A stretch of DNA of 64,000 bases from NCBI GenBank assembly GCA_047601445.1, contig JASGJH010000001.1, forward strand, positions 6,048,001 through 6,112,000. The letters are read 5' to 3'. Below the pieces are notes generated by a model. That model saw only the letters and a list, made by a program, of their open reading frames with translations, ran no database searches and was not told where the DNA came from. The stretch is from Myxococcales bacterium (GTDB taxonomy: Bacteria > Myxococcota_A > Polyangia > Polyangiales > DASUME01). Position numbers and translations under genes: made by a program. Each line of letters opens with the position of its first letter. The stretch's first letter is position 1. Below, piece after piece: positions 59,131 through 64,000 of this stretch.

Positions 59131-60021
59131 TCAGCGCTCGCCCGGCAGCAGGCCCTTCCAGAGTCCTCGCTGCACGCTGTCCGATAGCCACGCGCTCGCG
59201 TGGGCCAGCAGCTCGGTCCGTTCTGCGGCGCTCGCCGCTTGCTCGAGCACACCCAGGGCACTCTCGAGCGGGCGCGCCCGCAGCTCCTGTAGGAGCTTGG
59301 CCCGCAGGGTCGGCAGCGGCGTCGCGAGGATGCCCCGCGCGGCCGTGGAGATCAGCCAGTGGGTCTCCCGGTCGTGCGAAGGCGGGAGCGGCACCGCGGC
59401 GTCCTGGCTGCGCGCGAGCACGCTATCTCGCAGCGCGACCAGGGGCCAAGACTCGGATACCAGCGCCCAGTTGTCGGCGGGCACGAGTCGCGCCGAAGGG
59501 AGCAACCGCGCGTGCTCGTTCGTGAACGCGAAGCCCGCCTCGAGTGGTGCACGGATCACCTCGCGAAACGCTTGATCGATGCGCACGGCTTCGAGCAGGG
59601 CTCGGCTCGCCAGGCTGGTGCCACCGGGCAGTGGGACCTCGGCCTCGGTCAGCGCCCGCGCCATGAATCCATCGAAGCCGTCTCCGGCCGCGTGGATATC
59701 GAAGTGACGCGGCGGGTGCAGCGCGAGAAACCTTGCGGCGTAGTCGTTGAACGTCCACAGACCGAGCAGGTGCGCCGTGAGTGGATACTCGCGCTGCAGT
59801 ACGTCGAGCAGGCGAAACCAGTATTGTCGCTGGTAGGCCGCGATGCGCTCGCGGGCGCCGAGCTCGGGCCCGTCCGCCAGGGGTTCCACGCCGGCCAGCG
59901 GATAGTCCTCCGGATCCGCGCGCAACCTGCCCTCGCCGCGCTGCAGCGGGCGCCGCAGCACTTGGCTGAAGCGCGCTTGCAGCTCGGCCAACCAGCGCTG
60001 GGTTTCGGGTGCGCTCCTCAT
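59131..60021 (-). CDS. DUF2063-domain partner protein of MNIO (HvfC/BufC-like)
   Basis: LQ..F...L, ERI..Y..QYW.RL...L...YP....LLG...F......FL..HPP; ATGA overlap with the DUF692 stop. Confidence 0.82.
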   Translation of the reverse strand: MRSAPETQRWLAELQARFSQVLRRPLQRGEGRLRADPEDYPLAGVEPLADGPELGARERIAAYQRQYWFRLLDVLQREYPLTAHLLGLWTFNDYAARFLALHPPRHFDIHAAGDGFDGFMARALTEAEVPLPGGTSLASRALLEAVRIDQAFREVIRAPLEAGFAFTNEHARLLPSARLVPADNWALVSESWPLVALRDSVLARSQDAAVPLPPSHDRETHWLISTAARGILATPLPTLRAKLLQELRARPLESALGVLEQAASAAERTELLAHASAWLSDSVQRGLWKGLLPGER

Positions 60022-60851
60022 GCCCTCACCGTGCGCGCTTTCTCGAGCTCTTCCATCACCTCGGGCAGTGACGGGATGGCAGCATCCCATTCGAGCAAAG
60101 TCGGGAAGGGACCGTGGACTCGATAGGCATCGCGATAGAGCGACCACACGGCGTCGCTCACGGGGCGATCGTGGGTGTCGACGATGGTCCCGTCGGGCTC
60201 GCGCGAGTGGCCGGCCAAATGGACCTGGAGCACGCGATCGAAGTCGATGGCGTCGAGGTAAGTACGGGGATCGAAGCCGTGGTTGACGCTGGATACGTAG
60301 ATGTTGTTGATGTCCAACATGAAGTAGCAGCCCGATTCGCGCACGACCGCCGCGTAGAACTCCCACTCGCTCAAGCTGGATTCGCGAAAGCTCACGTAGC
60401 TCGAGAGGTTCTCCAACCCAAAGGGGCGGCCCAGCTGCGCCTGGACGCGCTGGGCCCGAGCGGCCGCGAACTCGACCAACTCGGGCACGTAGGGCGTAGG
60501 TAGGAGGTCGTGATGCGTGAGGCCATGGGCCCCGGTCCAACACAGGTGGTCCGAGACGAAGCGCGCGTCGACCTGGGCGGCCAGGCTCGTCAGGCGCCCC
60601 AGGTAATCGGGATCCAGCTCGGCGTGTCCGAGGAGATTGAGACCCACACCGTGCAACACCAGGGGATAGCGCGCCTGCACACGCTCGAGCTTCTGGCGGG
60701 GTAGGGCGGCATCGCCCATGAAGTTTTCGCTCAAAACCTCGAAGTAATCGACCGGCGGCCAGTGCTCGAACAGATGCGCATAGTGTGCTGCGCGCAGCCC
60801 GAGCCCGAGCGCGTCGCGCGGGAGCGTGGGGCGTGGCGTCGCCGAGGACAT
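60018..60851 (-). CDS. DUF692 multinuclear non-heme iron-dependent oxidative enzyme (MNIO; MbnB/TglH/ChrH/BufB family)
   Basis: GLGLR..H, FEV.SENF, LHGVGL, SDHLCW, HDLLP.P, LEN, LD.NN.YV...NH, HLAGH, DTH, LLEWD. Confidence 0.93.
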   Translation of the reverse strand: MSSATPRPTLPRDALGLGLRAAHYAHLFEHWPPVDYFEVLSENFMGDAALPRQKLERVQARYPLVLHGVGLNLLGHAELDPDYLGRLTSLAAQVDARFVSDHLCWTGAHGLTHHDLLPTPYVPELVEFAAARAQRVQAQLGRPFGLENLSSYVSFRESSLSEWEFYAAVVRESGCYFMLDINNIYVSSVNHGFDPRTYLDAIDFDRVLQVHLAGHSREPDGTIVDTHDRPVSDAVWSLYRDAYRVHGPFPTLLEWDAAIPSLPEVMEELEKARTVRA

Positions 60852-60926
60852 CGACTTCACTGTCGCACGGCCGAGCTGTCGGTGCCCGCTGTTGATTTCC
60901 GCGCGTTTCACGTTCATTCTCGCGCC

Positions 60927-61385
60927 ATGACCGGTCGTTCCGATTTCGACACCATGCGTATTCCCGATATCCGCTCGAGCGCCCAGGGGCCCGCTTCGAC
61001 GACCCTCGAGACCGCTGCTCCCCGAGTGCCCGAGGCGCCCAGCGCGAGCGCACCGCTGCTGGCGGCGGCCATCGGTGGCCTCCTGTGTCTGACGGCCTGC
61101 GGGTCGGATGGGTCCAGCGGGTCGGCCGATACGGGCGACTCGGGCGAGCCGGAGGAAAGGGTCGTCACCCTCGAGCGCGTGGATCCCGACATGACCGAAC
61201 AGCGCTTCAAGGACGCCTGCGACGTCGCCATGGGAACCATGGAGACGCATCCGCACTGCGGCGGCATGAACTCGTGCAGGGGCTTCTCCTACGACCGCAC
61301 GACCCAGGTCTACAGCGAGCACACGTGCAAGCAGCTGAATAACTGCACGGGGTGGAGCTGCGTAGTGCCGGAGGAGAAGGGGTAG
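60927..61385 (+). CDS. Cys-rich lipoprotein, candidate MNIO substrate (bufferin-like precursor)
   Basis: h-region LLAAAIGGLLCLTAC; G/S/D linker; HPHCGGMNSCRG and EHTCKQLNNCTG motifs; 75 bp from the divergent DUF692 start; alternative start at 60954. Confidence 0.72.
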   Translation: MTGRSDFDTMRIPDIRSSAQGPASTTLETAAPRVPEAPSASAPLLAAAIGGLLCLTACGSDGSSGSADTGDSGEPEERVVTLERVDPDMTEQRFKDACDVAMGTMETHPHCGGMNSCRGFSYDRTTQVYSEHTCKQLNNCTGWSCVVPEEKG

Positions 61386-61464
61386 AGCGGTCGCGGTTTT
61401 GCGACGGCGACGGCGACGTAGTCCTGGTCGATCCACATCGCCGCCGCCCCGAAGAGTAAGAAGA

Positions 61465-64000
61465 CTACAGCGCTACATCCTTCGCCGCGTCCGCATACTC
61501 CTCAATCTGATCAAAGTTCATATAGCGGTACACCTTGGCGGCATCCTTGTTGATGATGCCCATGTCGGCGTGATACTCGGCCACGGTCGGGATACGCCCG
61601 AGCTTCGAACAGATCGCGGCTAGCTCCGCCGATCCCAGGAACACATTGGTGTTCTTGCCCAGGCGGTTCGGGAAGTTGCGCGTGCTGGTGGACATGCACG
61701 TGCTGCCTTCCTTGATCTGCGCCTGGTTGCCCATGCACAGCGAACAGCCCGGCATCTCCATGCGTGCGCCGGCGCCGCCGAGTGTGGCGTAGTGGCCTTC
61801 CTTGGTGAGCTCGCTGGCGTCCATCTTGGTGGGCGGTGCGACCCACAGCCGAGTCGGGATGTCCTTCTTGCCTTCGAGCAGCTTTCCGGCCGCGCGGAAG
61901 TGCCCGATGTTCGTCATGCACGAGCCGATGAACACCTCGTCGATCTTGGTGCCGCTCACCTCGCTCATGAACTTGCAGTCGTCCGGATCGTTCGGGCAGG
62001 CAACGATGGGCTCGTTGATCTCCGCCAGATCGATGTCGATGACCGCCGCGTACTCGGCGTCGGCGTCGGGCTCGAGCAGCTCGGGCTTCTCGAGCCACGC
62101 CTGCACCGCACGGATGCGGCGCTCCAGCGTGCGCCGATCCTGGTAGCCGTTGGCGATCATGTTCTTCATGAGCACCACGTTCGAGTTGAGATACTCGACG
62201 ATGGGCTCCTTGTTGAGCAGCACGGTGCAGCCCGCCGCCGAGCGCTCTGCCGAGGCGTCGCTGAGCTCGAAGGCCTGCTCCACCTTGAGGTCCGGCAAGC
62301 CCTCGATCTCCAGGATGCGCCCGGAGAAGATGTTCTTCTTGCCCTGCTTGGCCACCGTCAGCAGCCCCTGCTTGATGGCGAACAGCGGGATTGCGTGCAC
62401 CAGGTCGCGCAAGGTGATGCCCGGCTGCATCTTGCCCTTGAAGCGCACCAACACGGACTCCGGCATGTCGAGCGGCATCACGCCGGTGGCCGCGCCGAAC
62501 GCGACCAGGCCCGAGCCCGCCGGGAAACTGATGCCGATGGGGAAGCGCGTGTGGCTGTCGCCGCCCGTGCCCACGGTGTCGGGCAAGAGCAAGCGGTTGA
62601 GCCAGCTGTGAATGACGCCATCACCCGGGCGCAGCGAGACGCCGCCGCGGCTCGAGATGAACTGGGGCAGTTCGCGATGGGTCTTCACGTCGACGGGCTT
62701 GGGATACGCCGCCGTGTGGCAGAAGGACTGCATCACCAGATCGGCCGAGAAGCCGAGGCAGGCGAGGTCCTTGAGCTCATCGCGCGTCATCGGGCCCGTG
62801 GTGTCCTGGCTGCCCACCGTGGTCATCTTGGGCTCGCAATAGGTGCCCGGTCGGATGCCCTGACCCTCGGGTACGCCGCAGGCGCGACCCACCATCTTTT
62901 GCGCCAACGTGAAGCCTGCGTTCGAGGCCTTGGGCGACTCGGGCAAGCGGAACGCGGTGGACGCGGGCAGCTTGAGCGTCTCGCGCGCCTTGCCCGTGAG
63001 CGAGCGACCGATGATCAAGTTGATGCGGCCGCCGGCGCGCACCTCGTCGAACAGCACGGGGCTCTTGAGCGCGAACTGGGCGATGACCTTGCCGCCCTTC
63101 TCGATCTTGCCCTCGTAGGGATAGATATCGACTACGTCGCCCATCTCCATGCCCGAGACGTCGACCTCGATGGGCAGGGCGCCCGAGTCTTCCTGGGTGT
63201 TGAAGAAGATGGGAGCGATTTTGCCGCCGAGGGTCACGCCGCCGAAGCGCTTGTTGGGCACGTACGGGATGTCTTCGCCGGTGGCCCAGATGACGCTGTT
63301 GGTGGCGGACTTGCGCGAGGAGCCGGTGCCGACCACGTCGCCCACGTAGGCCACGAGGTTGCCCTTCTTCTTGAGATCCTCGATGAACTGGATGGGGCCG
63401 CGCTTTCCGTCCTCTTCGGGCGTGATGCCCGGGCGCGTGTTCTTGAGCATCGCCAGGTAGTGCAGGGGGATGTCCGGGCGGCTCCAGGCGTCGGGGGCGG
63501 GCGAGAGATCGTCGGTGTTGGTCTCGCCGCTGACCTTGAACACGGTGACGGTGATCTTCTCGGGGACTGCGGGGCGGTTCGTGAACCACTCGGCTTCGGC
63601 CCAGCTGCGCATCACGTCCTGGGCGAAGGTATTGCCGGCCTTGGCCTTCTCCGAAACGTCATGGAAATAGTCGAACATCAGCAGCGTGCTCTTCAGCGCC
63701 GTGGCCGCGACATTTGCAACCTCCTGGTCGTCCAGCAGGTCGATCAAAGGTTTCACGTTGTAGCCGCCCACCATGGTGCCCAGCAGCTCGGTGGCCTTGG
63801 CGCGCGAGATGAGCCCAACCTTGAGGTCGCCGCGGGCGACCGACGCGAGGAACGACGCTTTGACCTTGGCTGCGTCATCGACTCCCGGGGGCACACGATA
63901 GGTAAGCAACTCCACCAAAAACGCCTCTTCCCCGGCCGGTGGGGTCTTGATGAGCTCGACCAGGGCTCCGACCTGCTTGGCATCGAGTGCGAGCGGAGGA
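61465..64000 (-). CDS. acnB: Aconitate hydratase B / 2-methylisocitrate dehydratase (5' end outside window)
   Basis: [61 protein letters not shown]; frame open to 64000. Confidence 0.97.
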   Translation of the reverse strand, partial: PPLALDAKQVGALVELIKTPPAGEEAFLVELLTYRVPPGVDDAAKVKASFLASVARGDLKVGLISRAKATELLGTMVGGYNVKPLIDLLDDQEVANVAATALKSTLLMFDYFHDVSEKAKAGNTFAQDVMRSWAEAEWFTNRPAVPEKITVTVFKVSGETNTDDLSPAPDAWSRPDIPLHYLAMLKNTRPGITPEEDGKRGPIQFIEDLKKKGNLVAYVGDVVGTGSSRKSATNSVIWATGEDIPYVPNKRFGGVTLGGKIAPIFFNTQEDSGALPIEVDVSGMEMGDVVDIYPYEGKIEKGGKVIAQFALKSPVLFDEVRAGGRINLIIGRSLTGKARETLKLPASTAFRLPESPKASNAGFTLAQKMVGRACGVPEGQGIRPGTYCEPKMTTVGSQDTTGPMTRDELKDLACLGFSADLVMQSFCHTAAYPKPVDVKTHRELPQFISSRGGVSLRPGDGVIHSWLNRLLLPDTVGTGGDSHTRFPIGISFPAGSGLVAFGAATGVMPLDMPESVLVRFKGKMQPGITLRDLVHAIPLFAIKQGLLTVAKQGKKNIFSGRILEIEGLPDLKVEQAFELSDASAERSAAGCTVLLNKEPIVEYLNSNVVLMKNMIANGYQDRRTLERRIRAVQAWLEKPELLEPDADAEYAAVIDIDLAEINEPIVACPNDPDDCKFMSEVSGTKIDEVFIGSCMTNIGHFRAAGKLLEGKKDIPTRLWVAPPTKMDASELTKEGHYATLGGAGARMEMPGCSLCMGNQAQIKEGSTCMSTSTRNFPNRLGKNTNVFLGSAELAAICSKLGRIPTVAEYHADMGIINKDAAKVYRYMNFDQIEEYADAAKDVAL

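Noticed and set aside
59131..61436. Long ORF versions 59131-61053 (640 aa) and 60018-61436 (472 aa)
   Set aside because: The extensions overlap other real genes; recognisable domains start at 60021 and 60851.

Overview
High-GC bacterial DNA, most likely from a myxobacterium (Myxococcota, Polyangia-like). This is an inference from the Ser/Thr kinase, the TonB-C/TonB-dependent-receptor fusion, many lipoproteins with GD/DAG linkers and 6-nt-period intergenic repeats. About 50 CDS are supportable, including housekeeping genes rmlBACD, ggt, gshB, metH and partial acnB. No rRNA, tRNA, CRISPR array, transposase or integrase was recognised. Two RiPP systems are the main highlights. (1) A lasso-peptide cluster at 15903-19495: RRE/B1, AsnB-like cyclase, a sigma54-driven 60-aa precursor with a predicted 34-aa Trp1/Glu8 core, and an HPr-like kinase. 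It has no visible B2 leader peptidase. (2) An MNIO (DUF692) plus DUF2063 pair at 59131-60851, divergent from a Cys-rich lipoprotein with two H-x-C-x3-N-x-C-x-G motifs, a candidate membrane-anchored bufferin-like metal-binding precursor. Other notable items are a DnaA-box cluster (415-531), a Fur/Zur-type metal-uptake locus with two operator-like palindromes, a lipid-anchored PETase/cutinase-like hydrolase, and an operon of lipoprotein cytochromes, a CxxCH-bearing porin and a kinase. There is also an EGF-repeat lipoprotein, two single-base frameshifts (one fuses rmlC to rmlD) and several repeat elements. All family assignments are by eye from motifs; no database search was run.
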